Below, piece by piece: positions 51,660 through 60,931 of a stretch of 64,000 nucleotides of DNA. Position 1 is the stretch's first letter, and each line of letters opens with the position of its first letter. A program made the translations under genes and the position numbers. The stretch spans positions 3,408,236-3,472,235 of the forward strand of contig OZ250177.1 in the NCBI GenBank assembly GCA_965238135.1. The letters are read 5' to 3'. Source of the DNA: Candidatus Multivorans sp. GTDB taxonomy: Bacteria > Acidobacteriota > Thermoanaerobaculia > Multivoradales > Multivoraceae. Below the pieces are notes generated by a model. That model saw only the letters and a list, made by a program, of their open reading frames with translations. It was not told where the DNA came from and searched no databases.

Positions 51660-53606
51660 CTACATCCGCTCGGGCAGGGGTACGCCGAGAATCGCGGCCA
51701 GGGCCTCGAGGGAACGCACGAAGATCTGCATTGCGGCGAGACGCGCGTCGCGGAGATCGGCGTTCTGCTCGTGCAGGATGGGATGGCGGTGGTAGATGGC
51801 GTGGAACTTCTGTGCCAGGTCCAGCCCGTGCCTGGCGATCAGGGACAGTTCCAGCGTGGCCGCGGCGCGCTCGACGGTGTCCTGGCATTGCGAGGCGAGC
51901 AGAACCAGGTCCCAGAGATCGTCGGGCCACGCCTCGGCGGGGAGTTCCGCGGCCCGGCGCCCGCCCACTTCCTGCGGCAGACCCTCTTCCAGCAGGCGAC
52001 GGCGGATGTTCCGGGCGCGCACGATGGAGTACTGCAGGTACGGCCCCGTCTCGCCCTCGAAGGCCGTGGCTTCGTCGATGTCGAAGGCGATCACCCGGGT
52101 CGTGGTTGCCCGCACCATGAAGAAGCGCAGCGCCGCGGTGGCGATCTGGCGTGCCAGTAGCTCGGCGTCCTGGTCGTTCGCGTCAACGGTGTCGGATTCG
52201 CTGCGGCGGGCTGCGATCTCAGCCCGGCTCTTCGCCTCGAGCTGGTCGAGCAGGTCGTCCGCCTTGACGCCGATGCCCTTGCGGCCGGACATCTCCAGCC
52301 TCGCGTCGCCGCTGAAACCGAGTTGTTCCGCCGTCCGGGCGGACAGGGCGACCATCTCGTAGGCGAAGTGGACGCTCTCGCCGGCCTGACGCGTGTGACC
52401 GAGCGCTTCCAGACCGGCGCGAACGATCCGCTGCAGGTAGGCCTGGCGGGCGTCGATCACGTTGATCACCCGGGCGCCGGCGCCGAACGGCGGCGCCTGT
52501 TCCCGTCCCGGGCCGCTCTGTGTGCCGGCCGGTGCGGTCTCCCAGAGGGGTCCGTCGTCGAACCGGTCGTACTCGAAATCGCGGCCGAGCACGCCGAACT
52601 TCCAAAGCTGGTACGCGATGTCCTTGCCCACGTAGGTCACCGTGCCGTCGGACCGCACGATCACCTTGTCCGGATCCTCGAGACCCTGGAACTCCTCGCT
52701 CTCGGAGAGCGGCATGACCCAGCAGCCGGCGTTCTTTCCGGTCTCCTCGAACCGCACCGCGCCGCTCTCCTTGAGTTGCTCGAAGGCGGCGACGAAGAAG
52801 TCCAGGCGCAGGATCTCGCTTTCACGGGTCAAGAGGTCGTAGTCGATGTCGAGGCGGCGCATCGTCGCCAGGTGGCGGCTGACGACTCGTCGCGCGACTA
52901 GGCGGCCGGCCTCCGCCCTTCGGCCGTGGCCCGCTTCCAGGGCGTGGAGAGTGCGGCGCCGGAGCTCGAGCCGTTCGGGGTCCGGCTCGTACCAGCGGCC
53001 GACCTCGCTGTAGACGTCCCAGCAGGTGTAGTCGAACGGCTCCGGCAGGGCTTCGATGTCGGCCACCGAGCAGCCCCGGAGATCGAGGAAGCCGACCACC
53101 ACGTCGGCGACCTGGACGCCGGTGTCGTCGATGTAGTTCTGGACTTCGGTCGTGCGTCCGAGACCGCGGAGCGCGCGCGCCAGGACATCGCCGAGGACGG
53201 CGTTGCGCAGGTGGCCTATGTGCGCCGCCTTGTTCGGATTGATGTTTGTGTGCTCGACGATGACCTTGGCGGGCCGATCGGTACAGGTAGAGGGCGCCAC
53301 CGGAACCGCGTCGAGCATCGCGGCCGCGAATCCGGTGCGGTGGAGGTGGAAGTTGACGTAGCCCGGGCCTTCGACGGTGACCCGGTCGAACCCCGGTGGC
53401 AGGTCCATGGCCTCGACCAGACGTTCCGCAATCGCCCGCGGCGCCTGGCGGAGTTCGCGCGCGAGGTGAAGAGCGCAGGGACTCGCGAGGTCGCCCAGCC
53501 GCCGCTGGGGCGGCACTTCGACGGTCGGGTCGTGATCGAGCCGGAAGGCGCGGGAAAGGGCGCTTCGCAGCGCGTCGGCGACCAGGGATCTCGTGCGCTG
53601 CAGCAT
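51660..53606 (-). CDS. argS: arginine--tRNA ligase
   Basis: Class I motifs NPNKAAHIGHLRN (HIGH) and EMSGRKG (KMSK-like) are present, with a DALR-type anticodon-binding C-terminus. Start is the ATG at 53606, alternatively 53654. The remaining 5' part of the 958-aa ORF is a GC-rich extension. Confidence 0.9.
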   Translation of the reverse strand: MLQRTRSLVADALRSALSRAFRLDHDPTVEVPPQRRLGDLASPCALHLARELRQAPRAIAERLVEAMDLPPGFDRVTVEGPGYVNFHLHRTGFAAAMLDAVPVAPSTCTDRPAKVIVEHTNINPNKAAHIGHLRNAVLGDVLARALRGLGRTTEVQNYIDDTGVQVADVVVGFLDLRGCSVADIEALPEPFDYTCWDVYSEVGRWYEPDPERLELRRRTLHALEAGHGRRAEAGRLVARRVVSRHLATMRRLDIDYDLLTRESEILRLDFFVAAFEQLKESGAVRFEETGKNAGCWVMPLSESEEFQGLEDPDKVIVRSDGTVTYVGKDIAYQLWKFGVLGRDFEYDRFDDGPLWETAPAGTQSGPGREQAPPFGAGARVINVIDARQAYLQRIVRAGLEALGHTRQAGESVHFAYEMVALSARTAEQLGFSGDARLEMSGRKGIGVKADDLLDQLEAKSRAEIAARRSESDTVDANDQDAELLARQIATAALRFFMVRATTTRVIAFDIDEATAFEGETGPYLQYSIVRARNIRRRLLEEGLPQEVGGRRAAELPAEAWPDDLWDLVLLASQCQDTVERAAATLELSLIARHGLDLAQKFHAIYHRHPILHEQNADLRDARLAAMQIFVRSLEALAAILGVPLPERM

Positions 53607-53747
53607 CGGAGTGCGCGGAGTGTACCGAAGGGGGGGCTTGGGCTCCGGTAGCATGTTCGCCGATTCAGGGAGCGCCGTGAACGAGAACCGCCATAGCCCC
53701 GTCCGTCCGGCCCGACTCCCGCTGGAACCCAGCACCGGGTTGGCGCC

Positions 53748-55691
53748 ATGACGGGTCGCAAGCGGCCGCTGCCGCCGACCGCGCCGGAGTCGCTGGTGGC
53801 TCGCCGCGTCCTCGTACTGGCGCCCCACTACGACGACGAGGTGCTGGGCTGCGGCGGCCTGATCCTGCAGCTTGCCGCGGGCGGCGCAAGCGTCGTTTGT
53901 GCCTTCGTGAGCGACGGTTCGGGCGGCGTGGAAGCACCGCCGGAGGGGGTGACGAGAGACCAGTACTCCAAGCGGCGAAGGGCGGAAGCGGATGCGGCCG
54001 CCAACGTACTCGGCATCGACAGCGTGGAGCATCTGGGCTCGCGCCACGGTTTGAGAGACGGCGCCCTGACCTCCTCCCTGGACCAATTGACCGGCCACAT
54101 CGAGGCGTTGCTTCAGCAACACAAGCCGGACCTGCTGCTGGCGCCCTCGCCTCTCGAAGTGACGCCCGATCATCAGACTGCGTTTCGCGCCCTGCACGAG
54201 GCGCTGATCAACCGCCGGCGAGGACGAACCCAAGAGGGAGAACCGCTTTCCAGCCAGGACGACGACTCGTCGCCCGGCGATCTGGCGCTGCGGGTTCTCT
54301 GCTACGAGGTGAACCACCCCTTCTATCCCGACCTGCTCGTGGACGTGACGGCCGAGATGGAGGGAATCGCCGGCGCGATGTCCCACTATCGGAGCCAGTT
54401 GGAACGCCACGACTACATGGGTTCCTGTCGAGGCCTGCGGCGCTACCGGTCGCTCGGCCTGCCGGATCCATGCCGCTACGCCGAGGCCTACTGCCAGTTG
54501 AAGGCCAGCGACTTCACCACCCGGAGCCCGGCGCAACTGATCGCGTACCTGGGCGGCGCGCCTTCGCTGGTCGAGGTTGCTTCGCCCCGCCGGGCGTCGA
54601 TCGTGGTCCGGACGTACAACCGGCCGCGGCGGCTGGCGGAGGCACTGGACAGCTTGGCGCAGAGCACCTACCGCAACGTCGAGTTGGTTCTGGTGAACGA
54701 CGGCGGGCGGCGCCCTGAGGTGGCGGAGGACTTTCCGTTCGAGGTGCGCCGCGTCGACCTGGATCGCAACCGCGGCCGGGCCGCCGCTGCCCAGGCCGGG
54801 GTGGAGGCGGCTTCAGGCGACTGCATCGGCTTTCTCGACGACGACGACCTGCTGGCGCCCGAGCACCTCGAAACACTCACGGCGCAGCTTTCCGGCGATG
54901 TCGAGGTGGCCTATACCGACGCGGCCGTCGTCAGCTACCAGCCGGGAAAGGGCGGCTGGGTGGAATGTGGACGCCGGCTCCCCTACAGCCGGGACTTCGA
55001 CCGGGGAATCCTGTTGCTCGACAACTACATCCCGTTCCACACCGTGCTGACGACGCGGGAGGCGATCGAGCTGGCGGGACCGTTCGACGAACGGTTGCCG
55101 GTCTTCGAGGACTGGGACCTGTTGATCCGGTTGTCGCGTTCAACGGACTTCGTCCATATCGCGCGGACGACCTGCGAGTACCGTCACTTCCTTGGCGGTA
55201 CCGCGGCCGGCGCCCCGGGGGGTCATGCGCTCGGTGGGGCGGCCTCCGACCGTGGCGATTTTGAAACCCTGAAGGCGCGGGTTCTGAGCAAGCACGCGGC
55301 TGAACTCGACTCCGCCTCGCTGGCGCGGGCGGTGACCCGGATGCGGCGTCAGGCGGTGCTGGCCGGCGATGCGGCGCGGGCGGAGATTCGCGACCGCGAG
55401 GCGGAGCTGGAGCGGATGCACGCGAAGATTCACGGTCTGCACGCGAAGATCGAGAGCATGCGGGCCTGGGAACGGGAGTTGGATTCGTCGCACCGGGAAC
55501 GCGGCGCCGAGATCGAGCGGTTGCAAACCCTGGAGCGGGAACTGAAATCGTCGCACGGGGAGTGCGAAGTCGAGATCCACAGACTTCACGGTCGTGAGCG
55601 GGATCTGCAGACCGAGATCGAAGCCATGAAGGCGACGCGGGTCTGGCGACTGCACGAACGTCTGCAGTCTCTGCGTGGCGCGGGTGACTGA
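53748..55691 (+). CDS. three-part fusion: PIG-L/LmbE-type deacetylase + GT2 glycosyltransferase + C-terminal coiled coil
   Basis: VLVLAPHYDDEVLGCGG is the PIG-L motif. ASIVVRTYNRPRRLAEALDSL...VLVNDGG...FLDDDDLL is a GT2 DxD fold. The C-terminus carries 21-aa heptad-like repeats. Confidence 0.8.
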   Translation: MTGRKRPLPPTAPESLVARRVLVLAPHYDDEVLGCGGLILQLAAGGASVVCAFVSDGSGGVEAPPEGVTRDQYSKRRRAEADAAANVLGIDSVEHLGSRHGLRDGALTSSLDQLTGHIEALLQQHKPDLLLAPSPLEVTPDHQTAFRALHEALINRRRGRTQEGEPLSSQDDDSSPGDLALRVLCYEVNHPFYPDLLVDVTAEMEGIAGAMSHYRSQLERHDYMGSCRGLRRYRSLGLPDPCRYAEAYCQLKASDFTTRSPAQLIAYLGGAPSLVEVASPRRASIVVRTYNRPRRLAEALDSLAQSTYRNVELVLVNDGGRRPEVAEDFPFEVRRVDLDRNRGRAAAAQAGVEAASGDCIGFLDDDDLLAPEHLETLTAQLSGDVEVAYTDAAVVSYQPGKGGWVECGRRLPYSRDFDRGILLLDNYIPFHTVLTTREAIELAGPFDERLPVFEDWDLLIRLSRSTDFVHIARTTCEYRHFLGGTAAGAPGGHALGGAASDRGDFETLKARVLSKHAAELDSASLARAVTRMRRQAVLAGDAARAEIRDREAELERMHAKIHGLHAKIESMRAWERELDSSHRERGAEIERLQTLERELKSSHGECEVEIHRLHGRERDLQTEIEAMKATRVWRLHERLQSLRGAGD

Positions 55692-55736
55692 CTGCCGGCT
55701 CGTTCGGGAACGAATGAGGGCGACTGGAGGTAGCCG

Positions 55737-57011
55737 TTGACGCGTGTCGCCCTGGTGTGCAGCGAGGCGCTGGGAGAACGCGCGGCCGGCATTGGAATCC
55801 GCTACCTGGAGATGGCCCGCCGTCTTCCCGAGTTCGGATTCCAGGTCGTCCTCGTGTCTCCCTGGCGCTCCGGGCTGTCGCCCGAGGTCGGGAGCGGGCC
55901 GGCTGAAGTGCGCCGGTTCGATTCCGCACCGCTGCCCGAGTTGCTCGAGGACTGCGACGTCGCCGTGGCCCAGGGACAGTTGGCCAACGGCGTGCTCCAT
56001 GAGCTACCGGAGTTGCCGACCGCGATCGATCTCTACGATCCCTTCCTGGTCGAGAACCTGACCCACTTCGACACCTTGGGACTCGATCCCTACCGGAACG
56101 ACCACCAGACCTGGGTCCATCAACTGGCTCGCGGCGATCTGTTCCTCTGTTCCTCGTCGGAACAGCGCACTTACTACCTGGGCTTCCTGACCGCCCTGGG
56201 GCGGGTGAACCCACACCGCTACCGCGATGATCCGAGTCTCTCCGGCCTCATCGTCGAGGCGCCCTTTGGAGTGCCGGATCCGCTGCCCGACTACCGGCCG
56301 CTGTTGCCGCCCCGGGTCCCGGGCGAACGGCGGCTGTTGTTCGGTGGCCTGTACGACTGGTACGACCCGGAGCCTCTGCTGGAGGCTTTCGCCTCGCTGT
56401 CCGAGGCGAAGGCGCGCCTTCTGTTCGTTCGGCAGCCCCCGGGCGCGCAGGCGCCTCAGCGGTTGCTGGCGAAAGTGGAGGCGCTAAGTCGGCGTCAGGA
56501 TCCGGAGCGCATCGGTTTCCTCGAATGGGTTCCTTTCGAGCGACGCTACGACCTGCTGCGGGACGTCGACGCGCTTGCCGCCTGCCATCGACCCGGACTG
56601 GAGACCGACCTGTCGCTGCGCACCCGGTTCGTGGATGCCCTCGCGGTCGGCTGTCCGGTGCTGACCACCGAGGGCGGCACCGTGTCCCGCCTGCTGCAGG
56701 AATGGGACGCCGGCCTTGTCGCCCCGTGCGGCGATGTCGACGCGCTGAGGGCCGGTCTTGCCGAGTTGGTCGCCGGTGGACCGGAAGTCGAGGCGCGGGC
56801 TCGTCGCGGACGGGAGAGGGCCCTGGCGACGTTCTCCTGGGAGCGCAGTCTGGCTCCGCTTGCGGCCTTCCTGGAGTCTCCGCGGGTCGATCCCACCAAG
56901 GAAGAGTTCGCTTTCGTGCCGTCGACCGGGGCCCCCGCCGACGAACTGGGGTTCCGGCTGCGGCGCTGGCTTCGGACGCGTCTGGTGGGTGCGCAGGCGG
57001 CCGGCAGATGA
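55737..57011 (+). CDS. GT4 (GT1-fold) glycosyltransferase
   Basis: RVALVCSEALGERAAGIGIRYLEMA is the N-terminus, and the GT-B C-terminal half reads ...ETDLSLRTRFVDALAVGCPVLTT. The TTG start has GGAGG upstream. Confidence 0.75.
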   Translation: MTRVALVCSEALGERAAGIGIRYLEMARRLPEFGFQVVLVSPWRSGLSPEVGSGPAEVRRFDSAPLPELLEDCDVAVAQGQLANGVLHELPELPTAIDLYDPFLVENLTHFDTLGLDPYRNDHQTWVHQLARGDLFLCSSSEQRTYYLGFLTALGRVNPHRYRDDPSLSGLIVEAPFGVPDPLPDYRPLLPPRVPGERRLLFGGLYDWYDPEPLLEAFASLSEAKARLLFVRQPPGAQAPQRLLAKVEALSRRQDPERIGFLEWVPFERRYDLLRDVDALAACHRPGLETDLSLRTRFVDALAVGCPVLTTEGGTVSRLLQEWDAGLVAPCGDVDALRAGLAELVAGGPEVEARARRGRERALATFSWERSLAPLAAFLESPRVDPTKEEFAFVPSTGAPADELGFRLRRWLRTRLVGAQAAGR

Positions 57012-58366
57012 TGAGCGGACCCACCGCCGGTCGGAAGCGGATCGACACCGTCGACGTGCTGGTGGTGAGCTGGAACGGTCGCCACCACCTGGAGACCCTG
57101 CTGCCGGCGCTCGAGGCCCAGCAGGTTCCCGGCGCCGCGGTGACGGTCCGGCTGTTCGACAACGGCTCGACCGACGGCACGGTGGCCTGGGTTCGATCCG
57201 AGCACCCGCGCGTGGAGGTGCTGGCGAACCCGACCAACATCGGCTTCAGTGCCGCGAACAATCGACTGGCAGAGCAGAGCGGCGCCAGCGCCCTGGCGCT
57301 GGTCAACAACGACACCCGGCCGCGGCCGGACTGGCTGGCCCAACTGGTTGCGGGGTTGGGCGAAGCGCCGGCCGACGTCGCGGCGGTTTCCGGCTGCATT
57401 GTCGACTGGAAGGGCAACCGGCTGGACTTCGGCCGGGGCGTGATGACTTTCGACGGCCACGCGTTCCAGCTCGACTACCACCGACCCCTGGCAAGGGTCG
57501 AGATGCCGGAAGAGGGCAGTGAGTTGCTGTTCCCATGCGGTGGAAACATGATCGTCCGTCGTGACGCCTACCTCGCGGCGGGCGGCTTCGACGAGACGTA
57601 CTTTGCCTACCTGGAGGATGTCGATCTCGGTTGGCGGTTGTGGTCGGCTGGAGAGCGTGTGCTGTCCGCGCCGCGGGCAGTCGTCCACCATCGCTCGATG
57701 GCCACCAGCAAGCTGCTAGGGAACGCGAACCGTGGACTGCTGTTCGAGCGCAACGCCTATCTGACCGCGTTCAAGAACTACGATGCGGAGCTGTGGCCGC
57801 AACTGATGCCAGTCGTGCAGATGACGCTGATCGCCCGCGTCCAGTACCTGCTCGCCAACCGCAACCCGCACGGTCAGGAGTTGGCCGTCGACCCGTACGG
57901 CGCCCCGGCGGAGGGGCGCGGCGGTGCTCCCGCCGCGAGCGTTGGCGGGGCCGGCGCCGCTTCTGGCGCGAGGCAGTGGCCGCTCGTCGGCGCCGGGCCG
58001 CGCGACGCCTGGGAGCGGCTACGGTCCGTCGTCGCGCTTCGCACGAGACTCAGACGGTTCGCGCGGCCGCACACTGGGCTGCCCGACGGCGTGCCTGCCA
58101 TTGTCGACGAGCAGACTGTGGCTCAGGTGCGGGCGCTGTCTTCGATCGTCCGCGGACTCGACGGTGCGGCTGAACGCAGGCGCCGGATCCAGGCCAGACG
58201 CCGGCGGCCGGACGGTGAAATCTTCGAGCGTTTTCCGCTCTACCTGGTGCCGACCTATCCGGGCGACGAAGAACTGTTCGAGAGCGTCGGCTTCGAGTCG
58301 ATGTGGCCGGAAGGGCTGATGTTGGTCCGTCGCACCCTGGAGGAGGTCATGGAGGTGGAGCGGTGA
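57008..58366 (+). CDS. GT2 glycosyltransferase
   Basis: VDVLVVSWNG...LFDNGSTDGT...NIGFSAANN...LVNNDT...YLEDVDLGWR is a GT2 pattern. The start overlaps the upstream stop in an ATGA. Confidence 0.8.
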   Translation: MMSGPTAGRKRIDTVDVLVVSWNGRHHLETLLPALEAQQVPGAAVTVRLFDNGSTDGTVAWVRSEHPRVEVLANPTNIGFSAANNRLAEQSGASALALVNNDTRPRPDWLAQLVAGLGEAPADVAAVSGCIVDWKGNRLDFGRGVMTFDGHAFQLDYHRPLARVEMPEEGSELLFPCGGNMIVRRDAYLAAGGFDETYFAYLEDVDLGWRLWSAGERVLSAPRAVVHHRSMATSKLLGNANRGLLFERNAYLTAFKNYDAELWPQLMPVVQMTLIARVQYLLANRNPHGQELAVDPYGAPAEGRGGAPAASVGGAGAASGARQWPLVGAGPRDAWERLRSVVALRTRLRRFARPHTGLPDGVPAIVDEQTVAQVRALSSIVRGLDGAAERRRRIQARRRRPDGEIFERFPLYLVPTYPGDEELFESVGFESMWPEGLMLVRRTLEEVMEVER

Positions 58367-59343
58367 TCGGGCCGCCGGCCTGGACCGTCGTCATCCCCAC
58401 GTTCAACCGCCTTGCGGCGCTCGAGGAGATGATCGAGGCGTTGGACGGTCAGGAGGGACCGCGATTCGAAGTCCTCGTGGTGAACGACGGCAGCACCGAC
58501 GGCACGGCCGCCTGGCTGGATGAACGGGTCGCCGACCGCCACGGCGCCGCGCCCGGGCTGCGGGTCATCCACCAGCAGAACCAGGGGCCGGCTGTAGCGC
58601 GGAATCGAGGGGTGACGGCGGCGCGAGGGCGGTGGGTGGCCTTTCTTGGTGACGACACTGTCCCCGCACCGGGATGGTTGGCCGCGCACGACCGTGTCCA
58701 GAATGAAGATCTCGCCTGCTCTGTTCGGGCCTCGGGCGGCTGCGTCGGAGTCATCGGTCGTACGGACTGGCACCCGCGCATGCGCCGTACACCCTTCCTC
58801 GACTACATCAACGAGCAGGGACTTCAGTTCGGATTCGCCCTGATCGAGGACGAGGACAACGTGCCGTTCAACTTCTTCTACACCTCGAACCTGTCGGTCG
58901 ACCGGGAGGCGATGGCCGCCGAGCCGTTCGACCCGGCGTTCCCTTTCGCGGCCTGGGAGGATGTCGAGGCGGGCTACCGGCTTGCGGCACATGGCCTGCG
59001 GCTGCTCTACCGGCCCGAGGCCCGCGTCGCGCACGACCACCCGACCGATCTGACGCGGTTCGCGAAGCGGCAGTACCGATCGGGATACTCGGCGGTCGTG
59101 TTCTTCCGGCGCCACGAACAGCTCGGGCCCTTTCTGGGGATGCAGAACGGCAAGCCCCCTTTGGCGGGAGGCGCCGGGGAGCGAGTTCTGCTGTGGGCCC
59201 AGGAGCGGCTGGCGCGGGCGTTGCAGGGAATGCCGGTCAGACTGCCACGGCTTTGGGAGAAGACGATGCGACATCACTATCTGGAAGGACTGAGGAACGG
59301 CTGGTCCGATGGCGTTGGTCTGGACCGGGGAGGGGCATCATGA
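58363..59343 (+). CDS. GT2 glycosyltransferase
   Basis: WTVVIPTFNRLAALEEMIEAL...LVVNDGSTDGT...ARNRG...FLGDDT is a GT2 pattern. The start overlaps the upstream stop (GTGA). Confidence 0.8.
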   Translation: MIGPPAWTVVIPTFNRLAALEEMIEALDGQEGPRFEVLVVNDGSTDGTAAWLDERVADRHGAAPGLRVIHQQNQGPAVARNRGVTAARGRWVAFLGDDTVPAPGWLAAHDRVQNEDLACSVRASGGCVGVIGRTDWHPRMRRTPFLDYINEQGLQFGFALIEDEDNVPFNFFYTSNLSVDREAMAAEPFDPAFPFAAWEDVEAGYRLAAHGLRLLYRPEARVAHDHPTDLTRFAKRQYRSGYSAVVFFRRHEQLGPFLGMQNGKPPLAGGAGERVLLWAQERLARALQGMPVRLPRLWEKTMRHHYLEGLRNGWSDGVGLDRGGAS

Positions 59344-60284
59344 GAGGACGCTGGCCCTGCACGTTGATTCGCCGGTGGTCGTCGCCGGTGGTTGCCGCGC
59401 TGCTTGGACTGGGGCTTGTCGCCAGCGCGGACGCGACCCCAGGCGCGCATGGGGCCGTGGCCGGGGTCGCCCCTGCGGTGGCGGTCTCGGCGCCGGTCGC
59501 TGCCTCCGCCCGCGACCGGGGCGAACGCCGGGAAGGCACGCGCGCCGGACGCCGAAGCCGGTCGCGGGCGGTCTATCGCCCCTACTACGGTTCGTTCGGC
59601 CGGTACGGCGGCTTCGGTGCATTCTGGCCCTACTCCTTCTCGCCCTACGCCTTCGGCCAGTACGGTCCCTACGCCTGGGGACCGGGTCCGGCCGGTTACG
59701 CGGCGCCGAACGCGGGCGCGCTGGATATCAACACGAAACCCAAGAAGGCGTCGGTCTACCTCGATGGCGAACTGATCGGGCGCGTCGGTTCGTTCGACGG
59801 CTTCCCTGGCTATCTCTGGTTGCGCGAGGGCAGCTACCGGCTGGCGATCTTCATGGAGGGCCATGAGACCCTGGAACGGAGCATCAGCGTTCATCCCGGC
59901 CTGGTGATCAAGATCGACGAGGATCTGGCGCCGGGTCTCGCTGTTCAGCCGCAGCCGGCGGCGCCCGAACCTGTCGCCGAACGGACCGCGCCTCCCGGCG
60001 AGCCCTGGAGGGTTGAGAAGCGCGGCCAGCCGATCGAGCAGGATCAGCGGAGCGAGCCGGCGCGCCTGATGGTCGAGGTGCAGCCCGCCGATGCGGTCGT
60101 GTACCTGGACGGGCGGCTGCTGGGCAGCGGCACCCAACTCGCGAATCTCCATTCGCCTCTGATCATCGACCCGGGCGCCCACCGCCTGGAGGTGACACGC
60201 CCCGGCTACGCGTCCGCGGTGCGCGCGTTCGAGGCTACCAAGAGCGAAGACGTTTCGCTGCGCATCGAACTTCGGCAGGAGTGA
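59340..60284 (+). CDS. secreted protein with Gly/aromatic-rich segment and two PEGA-like domains
   Basis: A signal peptide is followed by YRPYYGSFGRYGGFGAFWPYSFSPYAFGQYGPYAWGPGP. Two PEGA-like units follow (KASVYLDGELIG...; ADAVVYLDGRLLG...TRPGYAS). The start overlaps the upstream stop in an ATGA. Confidence 0.7.
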   Translation: MRGRWPCTLIRRWSSPVVAALLGLGLVASADATPGAHGAVAGVAPAVAVSAPVAASARDRGERREGTRAGRRSRSRAVYRPYYGSFGRYGGFGAFWPYSFSPYAFGQYGPYAWGPGPAGYAAPNAGALDINTKPKKASVYLDGELIGRVGSFDGFPGYLWLREGSYRLAIFMEGHETLERSISVHPGLVIKIDEDLAPGLAVQPQPAAPEPVAERTAPPGEPWRVEKRGQPIEQDQRSEPARLMVEVQPADAVVYLDGRLLGSGTQLANLHSPLIIDPGAHRLEVTRPGYASAVRAFEATKSEDVSLRIELRQE

Positions 60285-60361
60285 CGCGAAACGGCGGCCT
60301 GTCAGGCCCTGTGCGGCATCCGCTTGGACACAAAGAACTCGCCATGTTACCATGATTCGTT

Positions 60362-60931
60362 GTGGTCCGAGAAATGGTGAGCCTTGTGCAGGCGCCGGTC
60401 GGTGCGCCGGTCTGGCCTGCGGCGCGCACGGTTGAGCCACTCCGAGTCCTGATCCCTTCACCGCTCGGCGCCCTGGGGCTCGAGTTCATGGGTCGGCTGG
60501 TGATGCGTCTGGTCATCGATCCGGCGCGCTCAGAGAGGGCCCTGTTCCCCGCGCTCGGCGTGATGGAGACGACCGACTTCATCGACGAGGCGCTGGGCCG
60601 GCTGTCCGAGTACTTTGCCGGCGCGCGGCGAAACCTTGATCTGCCCTACGACCTTGACCGGATCGGCTTGGACTCCCTCTCGCGCCGGATCTTCCAGGAG
60701 ACGGTGCGGATTCCCTACGGTTTGACCCGCACCTACCGCAACGTGGCGACTTCATCCGGCCGGACCGGGGCGTATCGGCTGATCCGGTCGAAGCTGATGG
60801 CCAACCCGTTGCCGATCCTCGTGCCGTGCCACCGTGTCGTGCCGCGCCGGAGCGGCCCGGGTACCTACATCGGCGGTGCGGAACGCAAGGCCCGGTTACT
60901 CGCCCTGGAGCGGAGCAACACTGCCAGCTAG
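60362..60931 (+). CDS. ogt: methylated-DNA--protein-cysteine methyltransferase
   Basis: The PCHRVV active-site motif (LPILVPCHRVV) is present with the preceding helix-turn-helix region. The exact start is uncertain (GTG 60362 or ATG 60374). Confidence 0.8.
   Translation: MVREMVSLVQAPVGAPVWPAARTVEPLRVLIPSPLGALGLEFMGRLVMRLVIDPARSERALFPALGVMETTDFIDEALGRLSEYFAGARRNLDLPYDLDRIGLDSLSRRIFQETVRIPYGLTRTYRNVATSSGRTGAYRLIRSKLMANPLPILVPCHRVVPRRSGPGTYIGGAERKARLLALERSNTAS

Noticed and set aside
60285-60361. GGCCTG-T-CAGGCC palindrome after the PEGA gene as a terminator.
   Set aside because: The stem is only 6 bp with a 1-nt centre, so the loop is sterically too small. No U-tract follows. The evidence is insufficient.
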